Shown here: positions 1-13,250 of the stretch, piece by piece
Position numbering within the stretch: position 1 is the stretch's first letter
Layout: every line of letters starts with the position of its first letter
Assembly: GCA_051362555.1 (NCBI GenBank)
Contig: CM120640.1
Coordinates: 35,111,967-35,175,966 of the forward strand
DNA from: Lingula anatina
Taxonomy: Eukaryota; Animalia; Brachiopoda
Reading direction: 5' to 3'
DNA: 64,000 bases
Translations under genes and position numbers: made by a program
The notes under the pieces: model-generated
Told to the model about the DNA's origin: nothing
The model's input: only the letters and a program-made list of their open reading frames with translations
The model's database searches: none

Positions 1-59
1 GATGAAAATAGCTAAGACCAACTGTTGTGTAAGATGTTTCGTGCACATTTACAACTAAC

Positions 60-847
60 CTTAAATTTGTCCCCTTGTCCATCTGCCAAATTAGCACCAG
101 CTTTAGCATTTTTACCTCCATTGTCGTGCCATGACCACAAGATAATACCCTCAACCCCGGGGTAACTAAACAGATAGGTCATCACATCTTCATAGTAATC
201 CGCCCTCTTGGCAACGTTGCTTGCCTCTATGTCTAATTCTGTTATCCATATGGGTAGCCCAGTAAGGGCAAGTTTATCAAGATTTTGCTAGAGAGTAGAA
301 ATGCAGCATAGTGTATCATTTTTGTTGTTATACTTTTTCAAATAAACAAGCACGGAATTTGGTATTCATTCACTTAAGTTACCTGAGTTGAAATGTGCCA
401 CAATGAATATTCAATTAATTCCAATTAAACTATAAAATTATACACGATAAACAAAGTAAAGGTTGCAGTCTACTGAAAATATGCTGTGTGTCATGAAACA
501 ATCTTTAAATTCACCATAATATATCTAACCTGTATTTTTAGAATATCTGGAGGACCAACTTTTAGATGTCCCTGCACTCCAATGCCGGACAGCGGGAGAC
601 CTTTGGCTTGATATTCCTTTATCATGTCCACATATGCCTGGATAAGTAATTAAATTGCCAACTTAATCGGCACAAACATTTGATATATAAGTCCTTTTTC
701 GTTTGACTCCCTAAAAATACACTTTCACGTTTTTTAACATTTAAAAACGCATACAAGGCTTAGGCAGAATATCAACTGAAAACACTTTTTGTATAGTTCA
801 CTGTAGATTTCAACTGGAACAATTTGTCAGCATTTCTCTCTCTCTCC

Positions 848-893
<46 letters not shown>

Positions 894-2231
894 AACAAAT
901 ACACAAGCACACACAGTCAAACAATACACTTACGTTTGTTATTGAGCCGTCATTGATGACCCTGTACTCATTGTGGAACAGCTTCACGTTGGGGTCTAAG
1001 GCGTGGATTTGTTGAAACATCTTCTCTGTAATGTACCTGTCCCCAGTCTTCTGTTCAAACCAGTCGCCATGGCCAGCGATGATTTCATTGTTTACGTCCC
1101 AGTGGGATAAACTAATATGTGGCGAAGAAGGTATACTTTTATTTCGGAAAAAGAACCAACACCCCGTTTTAAAACGCTCTGTATAAATTGTAATCAAAAG
1201 ATGATTTAATGCTGCACATGTATTTCCCCTTGCCGACTTGGCAAACTAAGGTGTGCACTTGAAGCAATGAGCTACCGAGGAGCGTTCTTAACTCCGAAAA
1301 CTGCCACCCACGTTTGAGTAGTTTACTGATGGGAAAGTGCCTAATGTATTGTACTGCACGTTAAACCGTAAATCATCTGTTTTTGTATTGTTTTTTTTAC
1401 AAATTATCCCACGTCCTTTCGACAAGCGCTTAATATATGTGTTAAAGACTACGACTTTCCTTTTTGTGTCCTCAATCACACCAAACACAATTACACATGA
1501 AAACCATGTATCTATCGCATTTTTCATTAAATCATCACACTACTTACTTCCCTTTAAATGTGTTGATAACACCCTTGATTCTCGTATCAAGCGCCGCCTT
1601 GATTTCTTCTTTTGATAACGTCTTTACCCACGTAGGAATAAATTGCTCCACTCCCCAGACAACGTTATGTCCTCTGATCTTTTTGCTGTTATAAAAAATA
1701 ATAATGTGTACATTATTGAATGAAGTTAACTGGGCTTTAGGAATACACTTTAGTCTCAACATCGGATGCAAGCTAGAAAACTGTTAAATTGGTTTTTAAA
1801 GACTGGGTTTTATAAAATCTAAATTTTTTAAAGACGCAGTTAAACATCTGTCATTGTTAAAAGGAATGAAAGTCCTTTTTCATTCACAATACATATTGGA
1901 ATTTCTTAAAATGCCCACTTACCCAAGGGACAACAGTTCTTCGATGGCAAGTTTTGGTCTCTCAGAGTTAATTGGATACTAGAATCAACGTATATAATTG
2001 CGTGAGAAATTCAAATACAATTTCAATCAATGAAATATTCGAGGATCTATCTTATAAGTACTTGGTCTTCATTCTTAGATTTTTATTTTTTATTTTATTT
2101 TATTATTATTATTATTTATGTATTTTTATTTATTTATTTATTTTTTTTTTTTTTTGAGAATTAAGGATGTACGAATTATGTCCCTCGCTAGTATTTAAAC
2201 AAGTGCATCAACAGCACAACACGTGAATATA

Positions 2232-2270
<39 letters not shown>

Positions 2271-5200
2271 TTGGTTCCTCTGCATCATCCTCCATTTTAA
2301 TGCATTAGCTATTGTAGCCCATTCAAAGGTCTCTTCGACAAACTTGTGAAATTTCCTTTCGCTTGCAGCAACAATGGCGTCCGCACGGACAGTGCCCCCC
2401 ATGGCGAACTCACGTCTGGTTTGCGTTACCTGAAAGGCACTCATATTGTTAGTTTTTTGGTTCTCTGTGATTATACTACTATGTGTAATTTGAACAGTGT
2501 ATGTCCTAAACGCAGCATTTATGCAACTGGTGTAAGAAATCTAAACTGCAATGTTTTATTTTAATCATAATTAATATCTGAACAACGAACTTACATCCAC
2601 TTCTATGTCATTCAGGCCATACTCATCCCCCACAGATAAACTACACAAAGAAAAAAAATAGATTTATAAATTGTGCAGTGGGTCTTTCAGTGAAATACAT
2701 AAAAAAGATATTCTTATAAAAGATTCACGTTTTCAAAGTTAACATTTTATTATTTATAAAGTTGATAGTTACGCTTGTCGATGGTCTTCTGGTAATTAAC
2801 ACTCCGTATGAAAATGAAAGCAAAAAATCAAACTTCATTTGTACTCGATAGATAAATCTGCCTTCCGGATTTGTTCAATTCTTTGAAGTGCATTGATTTT
2901 CCAGTTGCCAGTCAGTTCTGGGATCCGCTGCAGAGATGCGCTGTCAAGGAGAAAAGACACTGACGGATCCGGATCCGAAAATGTAATTTCAGCCAGTTTA
3001 AAATCTGAAAATATGACACCATTTCATATCAAGACATTTTATTTAGTTTTCCATAATAATATTATAAACTGCCATCCTGCTTCGACTTTCCCTCTTTTCA
3101 TTTTCGCTAAAACAGGTAGTACTAGTAAACAAGTCTTAGTGGTACGGGTCCTTTTGTAAACATACCTTTTTCAGGTGCTCTAAAAGACCCTCCAACTTCT
3201 TTCCAGTCATCTGTGGACCTCATATAAGAACCTACGGCCACTTTCTTCCATTCTTGCGTGCCTAAATGAAATAAAGCACCGCTCCTCTAAATTAAACGTC
3301 CTTAAATATTTTGTCTCAAACAGACATATAATTGCGAATTCTTATTCTTAAGTGTTGGAAACTGACATAGCGACGTTTTTTATTTCACTCTAAAACAGAT
3401 AATTACAAATCACATTAATTATCATTTTTATCCTCTATAGTCTGGATGACTGGTGCTATATTTTAGCCAAATTGCTCAAAATGTGGAAAAAGCATGAAAC
3501 TTGGCACAAATGTTCTTTGGTCTATGCTGATCATTTTCAAGGCAGTGCCCAAAATTTCAAAGCGTTGCTTAGCAACCGTTGCTATGGAAGTGAATTTCCT
3601 TAGTAACATGCTAATTGTCCATTTTAAATGGTTTAGAAATGCTAATGATTATGTTTCAGGGCATCAGAACTATCACTAGACTATTTTAAGGCAATTAAAA
3701 CCCAAATTAACCTTAGCCACGATTGCTAGGCAGCATATTACCTTAGCAACAAGCATTTAAAGTTGCGTTAGTCTATTAAGTAAGGCAGATCTATAATACT
3801 AGCTAAGAACTACACTTTTGAGCAAGATGTTCATACTTTTAATCCAGTAAGTTGAAACAATTGTGCCAGTGCAGATACTTAAGGCAGCATGTTCAAAGTT
3901 AGTAACCAGCAATTTCCATGCTTTTATCACCTTACAACTCTTTATAAAACTTTGCAATAGTTAAGACGTTAAATTCTCCCTTGTATGTGCAATATACAGT
4001 GCATTTTGCCCTTGCACATTGTCAGCCTCTACATCTGCACCTACATGCACACTGGAGCAACTCTGGGCAGGTCAATAGCTTCTGGGAAATGTGAATAGAA
4101 ATTGACAAAATTCAATGTGAAAAAACTTTTTAGAAAATATGGAACAAAATGACAAATATCTTGGAAATCTGGTCTCTGAGAAACCTTTCAATGATAGGAA
4201 AGTCAACAGTGGTTAAACCTTTAGTATTTCTCATCTTACGTAGTGCATGTGTAAACTCTCCTACCAACCCCCCCCCTCCCTCAATACTTAAAAATATGCA
4301 TATCATATTTAACTCGGAATAGAAAAAGATACAAAATAAAATGAGCAAGCTTAAGGATGGCGTCTGAATACAAAAATGGACGGTAAAAGGTAACGCAAAT
4401 AAAAATTTTACCAAGGCCCTAAACTTTACATGGCTTAAAAGACTTCTTTATGAAGAAAATAAGAGTAAGTGGAGAGCGTTTTTTTTCGGCGAAATGTCAG
4501 GAATCGATAGTTACAAAAGGTGGATTAAAAATACTAAAAGCAACTTCTTATCCCTTTTGGCAAAGATTTTTGGTTCTTTGAGTGAAATTCAGGAAAATTT
4601 CAATTTAACCCCAGATGAAATCTTATCACAACCATTATGTCAAAACTCAAAAATTGAAAGAAATTAAAAAACTATTTTTCCATTAAAGAAGGTGTAAAAA
4701 TGTTTTGTTTTTGTTTTTTTACATCAATGATATTATAAATGACATTTGAAATCCCCTCTGTCTAGAGGAACTCAACAAAAAATCAACCTTAACACTAACT
4801 TTCTGGGCTAATTCAGCATCCTAAAGAGCTTACCATATTAATGGCTATCTCTTTCCATGGAAGGAAATTACTCATAGCATTCCAAGAAATAATGGACTCA
4901 ATTAAACAAGTTACCAGACCATCCAGATATTTTTTCGCAAAAATCCTCCAAAGCCATATAATATCACGAGATAAAGGTGTAGGTGAACGGCAGACATATT
5001 TAAAAAAAACTTGAGTACTGATAATTGGAAACTAACATTTAAGAAACGGATCACAAGAAAATGAAATTGCTCCAATTCAGAATAAATCATAGAATATTCA
5101 ATACTTATGCTTATTTTATGAATTTGAGAATTTTGCAATACTGCTAGGGAAAATATTCTGTACGTTTTTCGGGATTGTCCACATGTAAAAAATATTTGGA

Positions 5201-6590
5201 TGTGTATCATTTGCCCCGCTAAAGATAATTTAGGTGTGGTCATTGATAGATCTCCGGAGATATTTGTATTTGGGTTTGTGCAAGCATACACTATTTATGA
5301 ACCTATCTTAATAATTAAGAAACATGTTAGTATATGTAGAATGGGAACAGAAAGATGGGAAGGAACTGGAGGGTATGTACAATGGTACAGAGATATCTGT
5401 ATATATTATTAAATATATATTATAAAATATATAATGTTAAATACTTGTTGCTAGGGTAATATGCTGCCTTGCAACTGTTGCAATGGTTTACTTGGGTTTT
5501 TAATGTCTTAAAATAGTGTAGTGATAGTTCTGATGGTTTGAAACATTATTAAAAGCCTTTTTAAATCATTTAAACTGAACAAGAAAGGTCCAATTAGCTT
5601 GTTACTAAGGTAAATCACTTCCTAAGCAATGGTTGCTAAGCAACGCTTTGAAATTTTGGGCACTGTCCTTGAAAATGATCAGCATAGTCCAAAGAACATT
5701 TGTGCCAAGTTTCATGCTTCTTCCACCTTTTGAGTAATTTTTGCACCAGTCATCTAGACTACTAATCCCTTTTTCGTGTTCACAACAACACGTCTATCAT
5801 GTCATATCATGTCACTACCACCCACGCCACCTACCGTCCGAATACCTCACGTGGAGAGTGGCTGATATCCTGGTGTGGACCTCGCCCGGCTTGTCGTTCA
5901 ACAACTTCACATAGGATGTTATCTCATAAAAAGCCCCCTTGGTAAGACTGATGGACTGAGTTGGCCCGGAGTAGTCGTGCCGCCTATGATGCATGTCACA
6001 CAGCACTATTTTGTCTTCAACTATGGTTTATGTCTTTTTATTTTTATTTATTAAAAAATGCATAAGTATATCTTTTCATTCGGTTTATTCCTTTGTTAAT
6101 CTGATTACAATATTATTTAATTTGTTAACTTGTTATCAGAGGGGACTGTTAAAAAAAGTATAAATGTTAAATATCCCGTAAATTTAGATAAGACTTCTAT
6201 TCCTGACAAGGGTAATTTTAATTACAAGGATGCTGATCATATAGCATTGCCTCCGATGAAGAAGCTTAGATGGGCTGTTCCATTTTAGGGGATTGAATAC
6301 ATCTAAGATAGGTCTTTGCTGAGCATTGTTACTGAAGTCACATAACTTAATTTTACCAAGACAAATCAAATAAAAGTTTCTTACGCCATTCCGTAGGCCT
6401 ACCTTTTAGTAACTTTTCCACTGAACTTTCCAGTGTGTTTGATGGGAGATTGTTCCAATACACACTGTCGACATCGCCAATTATTGGCGAAATTATCACT
6501 TTCGATCCCGTTATTCTTGAACACCTCTTGTCCACAGAGCGATCCAGCCAGCACAGCTACAGTCCATATAAACAGGAGGCGTGGATCCAT
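60..6590 (-). CDS. Secreted GH10 endo-1,4-beta-xylanase-like glycoside hydrolase with N-terminal CBM4/22-like module (multi-exon; C-terminus continues beyond window start)
   Basis: Approximate exons: 6590-6403, 5983-5835, 3261-3166, 3004-2847, 2641-2595, 2430-2271, 1977-1923, 1687-1548, 1110-933, 638-531, 288-60. Signal peptide MDPRLLFIWTVAVLAGSLCG. GH10 motifs NALKW, IRGHNVVW, WDVNNE (acid/base Glu), KLFHNEY, GIGVQGH, LPIWITELD (nucleophile Glu), VEGIILW. Confidence 0.92.
835..892. repeat. Compound (CT)n(CA)n microsatellite
   Basis: Read directly; intronic. Another (CT)n run lies at about 2234-2266. Confidence 0.95.
3438..5761. mobile_element. Non-autonomous DNA transposon with ~320-bp terminal inverted repeats (Academ-like)
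   Basis: 3438-~3757 (TAGTCTGGATGACTGGTGC...AAACTTGGCACAAATGTTCTTTGG...) is the reverse complement of ~5437-5761 (...CCAAAGAACATTTGTGCCAAGTTT...GCACCAGTCATCTAGACTA). CTA is duplicated at 3435-3437 and 5762-5764. TAG termini, long TIRs and a 3-bp TSD fit Academ; the superfamily call is inference. Confidence 0.85.
4130..5400 (+). pseudogene. Decayed L1/Tx1-type LINE ORF2 C-terminal fragment inside the long-TIR element
   Basis: Broken reading frames give IWNKMTNILEIWSLRNLSMIGKSTVVKPL (W..R.LS..GK motif), FTKALNFTWLKRLL and CNTARENILYVFRDCPHVKNIW (zf-RVT-like). Many stops and frameshifts. Confidence 0.7.
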
Positions 6591-6899
6591 GTTCTTATAC
6601 AATTAAATAAATAAAAAATCCCATCATCTGTGTTCTTAGCTCAAATTTATAATGTTACTGAGTAGGTTCTTCTAACAACAGTTATTAATATGACTTTGAG
6701 AAGAAAGGAAATAGTTATTTAAAAAGGATACTATTCATTTTTCATATTAGATAATAATGCGTATTACAGTAACATTACACACACTCGTTACTTAAAGAAA
6801 CGGAAAAGAGCTCAAGTGACAGATAACTAAAACCGTTTTCACTTAATTACAAATTTCCAACGCCTCACTTATTCCGATTTATTTTTCAAGACTTGTCAA

Positions 6900-7345
6900 T
6901 TTACTTACCCATAAAGATATGCTTCCTGGAATGAAGCCAGCTAATTTTTCAAAATTTTGAATCAATATTTTAAACACAGTGTATTATTACCAAAATATTT
7001 TAAATCTATAAATCAAATTTTATTTTTAAATTTAATGTGTGATTGGCGAAAAATCCTCTAGAAAGATGAGTTTCCAGCGTCCTCTGAAACTTTAAACTTC
7101 TTGCAATATATACAGATTGTTCACGAAATTCACGCATGCCTTATTGCTGTCAAACATGTTCTGGACTTTGAAGTACATGTTTCCAGTATAAGGGGTGTTC
7201 AAACATTTTCGCGAAAACCACACAAAAATAAATCCCATCATACATTCCAAAATAACCTGCAGCATGATTTGTTATCAAATTAACAAAAGCTCACCTTTCT
7301 CCAATGCGTCCAACCCTACCTTACCTGTTTGGTCTTAACATCAAC
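6900..7345 (+). repeat. Dispersed repeat, copy 1 (copy 2 at ~19230-19695)
   Basis: ACCCATAAAGATATGCTTCCTGGAATGAAGCCAG...CTCTGAAAC...CCAACCCTACCTTACCTGTTTGGTCTT aligns colinearly with 19237-19690. Confidence 0.75.
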
Positions 7346-7637
7346 CACCGTTAACCGCAGCATTTAATGTTGTCATTTTATCTCAGAGTCATTATCTAGA
7401 CCGTCTGTTACATCAGTCATCGGCTAGGGAACGCACACGTCTGTCACGTTTTCTGTGTTTCTATATAAAAATAGCAAACAATTTGGTTACCAATGGCGCG
7501 ATGTATTTTGGGATATTGCATGTAAAAACCGCTAAGAGAACACATATTTACATTGAAGTACCCATGTGGTATCTGCATGATGCATTGCAATCTACTTTAC
7601 TTGTCAACCAATGGAGGTCTAGACCAGTAATATCATA

Positions 7638-7812
7638 GGCCACATTCAAAATAGGGGACTAAATAGTCTGAGGGTCGAATGTGGCCGACCCACTTGAATA
7701 CTTCCCCACGGGATATCTATTCAGTGTCTATTAGCGGATTAGACGACAAGCTTTGTAGTGGCTCGCCATATTTAATCCTAGGACTAGTTAGTCCTCTATT
7801 CTGAATGGGGTC
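7638..7812. mobile_element. Small MITE (PIF/Harbinger-like ends)
   Basis: GGCCACATTCAAAATAGGGGACTAAATAGTC is an imperfect inverted repeat of GACTAGTTAGTCCTCTATTCTGAATGGGGTC. Confidence 0.6.
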
Positions 7813-8770
7813 AGATAGACCCTATCAGCTGCACGGCGAAGCGGACTTGTCGTCATATGCTGATGAATAAGAGCACAGCTGTTTCACTTCGCATATACTT
7901 ACATGGAACATCTCAAAATGCCATCTAAATGCTTTGTTGTTCGTCCCACCAGACGAAAGTTTAAGAGTCCGAAAGTCCGCAGAAGAAACATTCTGCTGCG
8001 GTCATTCTTCAAACCAGGGGGGGGGCAGTTGAAATGAACCAATATTCTTCTACGCACTAATTTATTACTTCATCTTTCCTTTGAGTGTTCAAACAGATTA
8101 CTACTTCCAATCTATGTCAACATCTGATAAATATAAAAAGCGTATTTCCATCTACTACTTTACTTCTTCACGAACGAATGGATAACCAGTGGCGGACTTA
8201 GGGGGGTCAGGGGGGTCCTGACCACCCCCTTTGATTTCTAAAAAAAAATCACACCAATGGTCCCCATTTTGTTAGACCAAAGCATTTTCTGGTGCTACAT
8301 GATTGTCATCGAGTTTGTCAACTTGTGTGAAATATCCTTTACACTGAACGGCGTCCTTTCTGCGTCCTTTGTCCGAGCATAAAACTGGCTTCGCTGTGGT
8401 CGTAGAAATGAGGCACAGGCATCGCTTTGGTTGCAGAATAAATGCTCAATGATGGGCCAGTTGTCGATCGGCACGTTAAGTTTTTTTTTTTTGTTTTTTT
8501 TTTCAAACGGGGTCGTACTACAGGACGCAGAAAGGACGTTGTCCAGTGTAAAACAGTGTGTCCCATTTACATTTCACAAAGAATAGCTCTAACACACTGT
8601 CAAAATACGCTATTTTATTGATCTAACAGCGGGTTAGATTACTTGTTAGTTCAATCTTTTCAATTTTCTCAAAGAAAGAAGTGTCCCTTTGTCCATATAG
8701 TATCTCAGGTGTAACACAAAGGAACAAGCGAGCAAAAAATGTGTCAATACCAGGTAGAATAAAGGACAAC

Positions 8771-11700
8771 ATGGCTGCTCTACTGACGAACTTCTACTTC
8801 CTAGTTGTCTGGGTGATATTTTCAACAGGTAAAACGGACATTTTACATATAAAGATTACTTAGTTACAATGCATTTTAAGTGGTACTTTAATTAAGATCT
8901 TATCGTCAAGCATGTCACCTTTGTTTTTTTTTCTTTTTGTTGGGTAAAAAGTCCAAAAGTAACATCAGTTACACTTATTAGACCGACAATTTCTATCCCC
9001 TAACATAGTTTTGAATAAAACGAAGAACAACAACAGGACAGTCACCTCCAACTTTTTGAAATATGTGATCTTTTTTTATTTTATTTTAGTGGGGGGGGGG
9101 GTAATTAAGTACTTCTAGAGTATTGCAAAAAAAATCCAGAACTTCCCCCTAAGTATATTTCTCACCCTACGGTACTGAATGATAAATGTTTTTATTGTAT
9201 TGTATCTACAAACATGTATGTTGGGGCTATTTGGTAGATGAGGGTTTCTTTGGGTGCTTGTATGTCTAGTCATTTTATTTCCATTGCATATGTGGCTGTG
9301 CTGTTTGAAAGGTGATGGCTATTCATATTTACTTACTTGGCCGGGGAGTGCTGCTGTGTTCTTATTATTTGCAATGTACTACTGGTAGTAATTGCATGTA
9401 TCTGTGCTATGTGGATGGTAGGATACTTTGAATGGCGGTGTGACACTGTAATTACGTATTTCTGAATACATTCTTTCTATCACCAGTGTACCTGTGTATG
9501 TGCTGTACGGAAGGTGATGGTCACTTTGGCTGGCAGTGTGACACTGTGACTGGGTGTTTCTGTAAACAAGGCCAGAGATGTCAACAGACTCTAGGAACAT
9601 GTCCTGAACACTGTGTGGACAACCCCTGGGGAATAGGATGTCATGATGGTGAGTCACAGCTCTTTGGACATTATTGCAGCTATTCAACGGCGACACCATT
9701 CAAACATTTGTGAGAGTTGTTATTTTGGCTTTTTAACAACGCTGTTAGATGTCTTTAGATTTGGATTTTGTTTCTCTTTTTCCATTGATCCAATATCTTT
9801 TTATATTCTAATTATTTTAATAATGTTGGGTTAGATATTTTCAACACATATGTTTTTATTGTCTTTTTAGTATTATACATCCTATTCCGCATTTATTTCA
9901 GAGCATGGTAACCTAGCTTATGGCAAGCCAGCCAGTCAGTCAAACACCAACTTTTCTTATACAGATGATGAGTGGTTCTCGGCCACTCTAGCAGTGGATG
10001 GAAACAACAGCACGGCTGACTCTAATTGTACAAGAACGCACCATCAACCAAATACTTACTGGACCGTGGATCTTGAAGGTCTCAGTGTTATCCGTGAAGT
10101 GACAGTGATAAAACCTGCTGCAATTTGTAAGTCTTTTCTACGTTTAAGTTCTTTTTATAAGTAAGATTCTCTGAAACTGTTCCAAATGTATATGTGCAAA
10201 ACATTTATGAAGTTGAAGAATAGCCTTTTCATTCGCACAATGGGATTGATTCTTTTTAATAATTGCTAATGCCAGTTTAAATTGTGGATCAATGGTTTAT
10301 ACTTTTAAAAAGTTATTCAAGTTAACTTCAAATACCAGTTTCATTTATCATATTTCAGATGTGTTTTTAACTAAGCAACACTGCTCGTCTATACTTTCTG
10401 CTTGTTCATTTTCTTTGTTGTATACATTTATAGGGATATTCCTAAGGAATTTTATTTGTAGGTCCGCAGAACAATGAGAAACTGTGCATCAAAAATGATA
10501 CTTCGAACCATGTTAATTGCATCTCTTCTACAAATGCACAGTGTTTTGGAGGAGTGTTAAGATACAACATAAGCCCACCAATCCTGGCACGCCACGTCAC
10601 GATCTTGAAAACTGGGCAACAAACTCTGCGACTCTGTGAGGTCATCGTTAGAGGATACACGTACCCCTGTAAGTTAACTCACTTTTTAACTCGCTTTTTA
10701 AAAAAGTAGGTCCGAAAGTAGTCCCACTGGTACGTAGGCCTACCTCAGTGAATCCTATACAGCATCGCTCATTTTAATTTGACACGCTTAGCGTTGCATA
10801 AAATTTGTCTACAATGTTGCGGTATGTTTATCCAGTAGGCCTAATATAATATAATATAATATAATATAATATAATATAATATAATATAATATAATTTCAA
10901 ATTATAATCATACTATAAAGTGAAACATTTTCCCGACAATGTGAAAGCCACAGAACAAAGAATAACGTACACGTATATAATGTGAACTCATTTCTTGTTA
11001 AATTGCGATTTGTGTGATGACCTTTATCACTCACACGAATACATGCATGAAAGCGATAGGATGATTTCATTCCATTATTGTGCCTAATTCAGATAACGTG
11101 GCATTTGGCAAAAGGGCAGAACAAATTAACGTTATAAATGAAGGAGATCCAGGACGAGCTATAGACGGAAAAACGACAGCGTATTATCTTTTAGAATCCT
11201 GCACTCACACAAATGACACCCTAGACCCCTGGTGGCAAGTAGACCTAGGTCAGCAATATGTGGTGTATAGTGTGACTCTTCTTAACAGAGACGAAAATGT
11301 TCACGGAGGTGAGTAGGCTTACTGGAATTTTCCCTTTTTTCTAAGACTAGATATGTTCGCTTTGAACTGTAGCATAGGCCAGTGTTTTTACCAGATTGAT
11401 TTATGTGACAGATCTCTATCAACGTTGTAACAGACATCTCTCAACTTTCTCAACAAGTTGTAGAGTGAAGCTATGACAGGCGTTTAGCCTTCTTTATTAA
11501 TTCACTCACATTAAACAGTAATCATTGGGTAGTGTAGTACGTGAGAGTGGTCAAAAGCATAGAGATCTACAGTTATACACTTACCTCTACCAAGGAGTTA
11601 CTGTTGAAACTCCTTGCCTCTACTACACTCTACACTTACCTGTTGTGACATGATATAATGCTGTGTTTAAGTTTCAGTTGGCCGACATTTACGCGATATA

Positions 11701-13250
11701 GAAATATGGATAGGTGACAGCACGAGTTCAGAAAACAACCTGTGTGCAGCGCGTGGCCCCCCAGTACCTGATGGAGCTAGTGTAGAATTTAAGTGTCAAG
11801 GACTGCTTGTTGGTGAAACTGTGACTGTCAGTCTGTCTAAAGGCCCTTTGGTTCTTTGTGAGGTGACAATTAAAGGCTACAGATATAAAGGTAAAGCAAT
11901 AAATATGATCTAATGTTACTTGTCTATTTCAGGGGCGGATCCAGAAATATTTCCTGACAGTCTTCCATATTATATTTGGTTATCCATTTTCCATTTTTGA
12001 CCGTCTTCCGACAGAAAAAATTAGATACCCTTCAATGTAAACTTGAAAATCTGACCGTCTTCCGGAACACCCAGAAGACGGCCTAAATCCGCCCCTGTAT
12101 TTTATTAACTTAATGCTCCGTGTACAGGTGGCATTCGTCCCATTTATTTACCCCAATACTCCGACAAACCTTTTACAGGTGAAAACCTGTAGGCCTACTC
12201 ATCATTTGGGACCCCGGACCTGCATTCCTAGGACTACCATTCCTGTCACACCTGACTCTGTTTTCGTCATCTAAACATTAATAGGCTACCAAACCAGCAA
12301 TTGCAACTTAAATCCCGTTTACGCCGGGCTTGCGACCGCTCGGAGAATGGTTTGGCCCACTCTCGCCCATCGGTCGCAAAAAGTCGTCATGGGGCTTAAA
12401 GGTGGTTTCCTTTGAGTCACAATGAGCAAAAGTCTTTTTATATTTTCGGACCGCTTGCTTTACTCCTATGCAGCCAGTTTCCATTGCAAGAAGGTGCCAT
12501 GATAACTTAACAAGGCTTCGCGTCCACAATGGGTGAAATCAGTTTTTTTTTCGATGCTGCGTAGAACCACCATGATATCGTATCGATTGACTAATAAAAT
12601 CAAAATACCGATAAGACACCAATTTTGTCTTTTAACTAATAAATGAGAAAAAAACCACATGTAAATACTTAAAATTGTTCACATCTCGTTAAGAGGTTAA
12701 GGTGTGAAAGCATCTGTCGTCTGTCTTGTTTAGCAGTTTGTTTCTTGTTGAACTGAAACGGAACGCCACAGTAATAATGCTTACCAACAATGTAAAAAAT
12801 GCGTAAAATTCTCTGTGGGTTTCCAGCGAGTGTTCAGTGGTTAGTTCAATGTTTTTCAGAGTGTGCTAATAAAAAATATGGTCCTGAATGTCGAAGCAGA
12901 TGTAACTGTAAGGATGAGAATGAACAATGCCATTCTGCGACGGGGTCTTGTGTTTCTGGTTGTGCAGTGGGATGGTACGGCCGACACCAAGGGGATTGTG
13001 AAATAGGTAGTGTAATAGTTACAGAGTGAATTATCTATTTGACTTAATACCTTATGATGTGCTATGTTGTTGATGGTCCGTATACTATTTTAATCTTTAT
13101 ATATACAGACACTGTAAGTGTTTGTATATATTCTGATTGGTCTGTCTGTCCGCGTCGTCGCTGTCGCCGTCGCTGCCGCTGTCCGACACATGACATTCGC
13201 CCCATTACTGCCAAACCGTATTTCTGTTTTCCTTTAAATTTACTGAGTGG

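Noticed and set aside
824-1015. ORFs with [24 protein letters not shown] runs (also 34606-34866 and 47475-47693)
   Set aside because: These are translations of dinucleotide microsatellites.
60-6590. Bacterial contamination or recent horizontal transfer of the xylanase
   Set aside because: It has many GT-AG introns containing host repeats and microsatellites.
9180-9380. Possible CR1/L2 LINE 3' fragment on the minus strand
   Set aside because: Resemblance too weak to support without a search.
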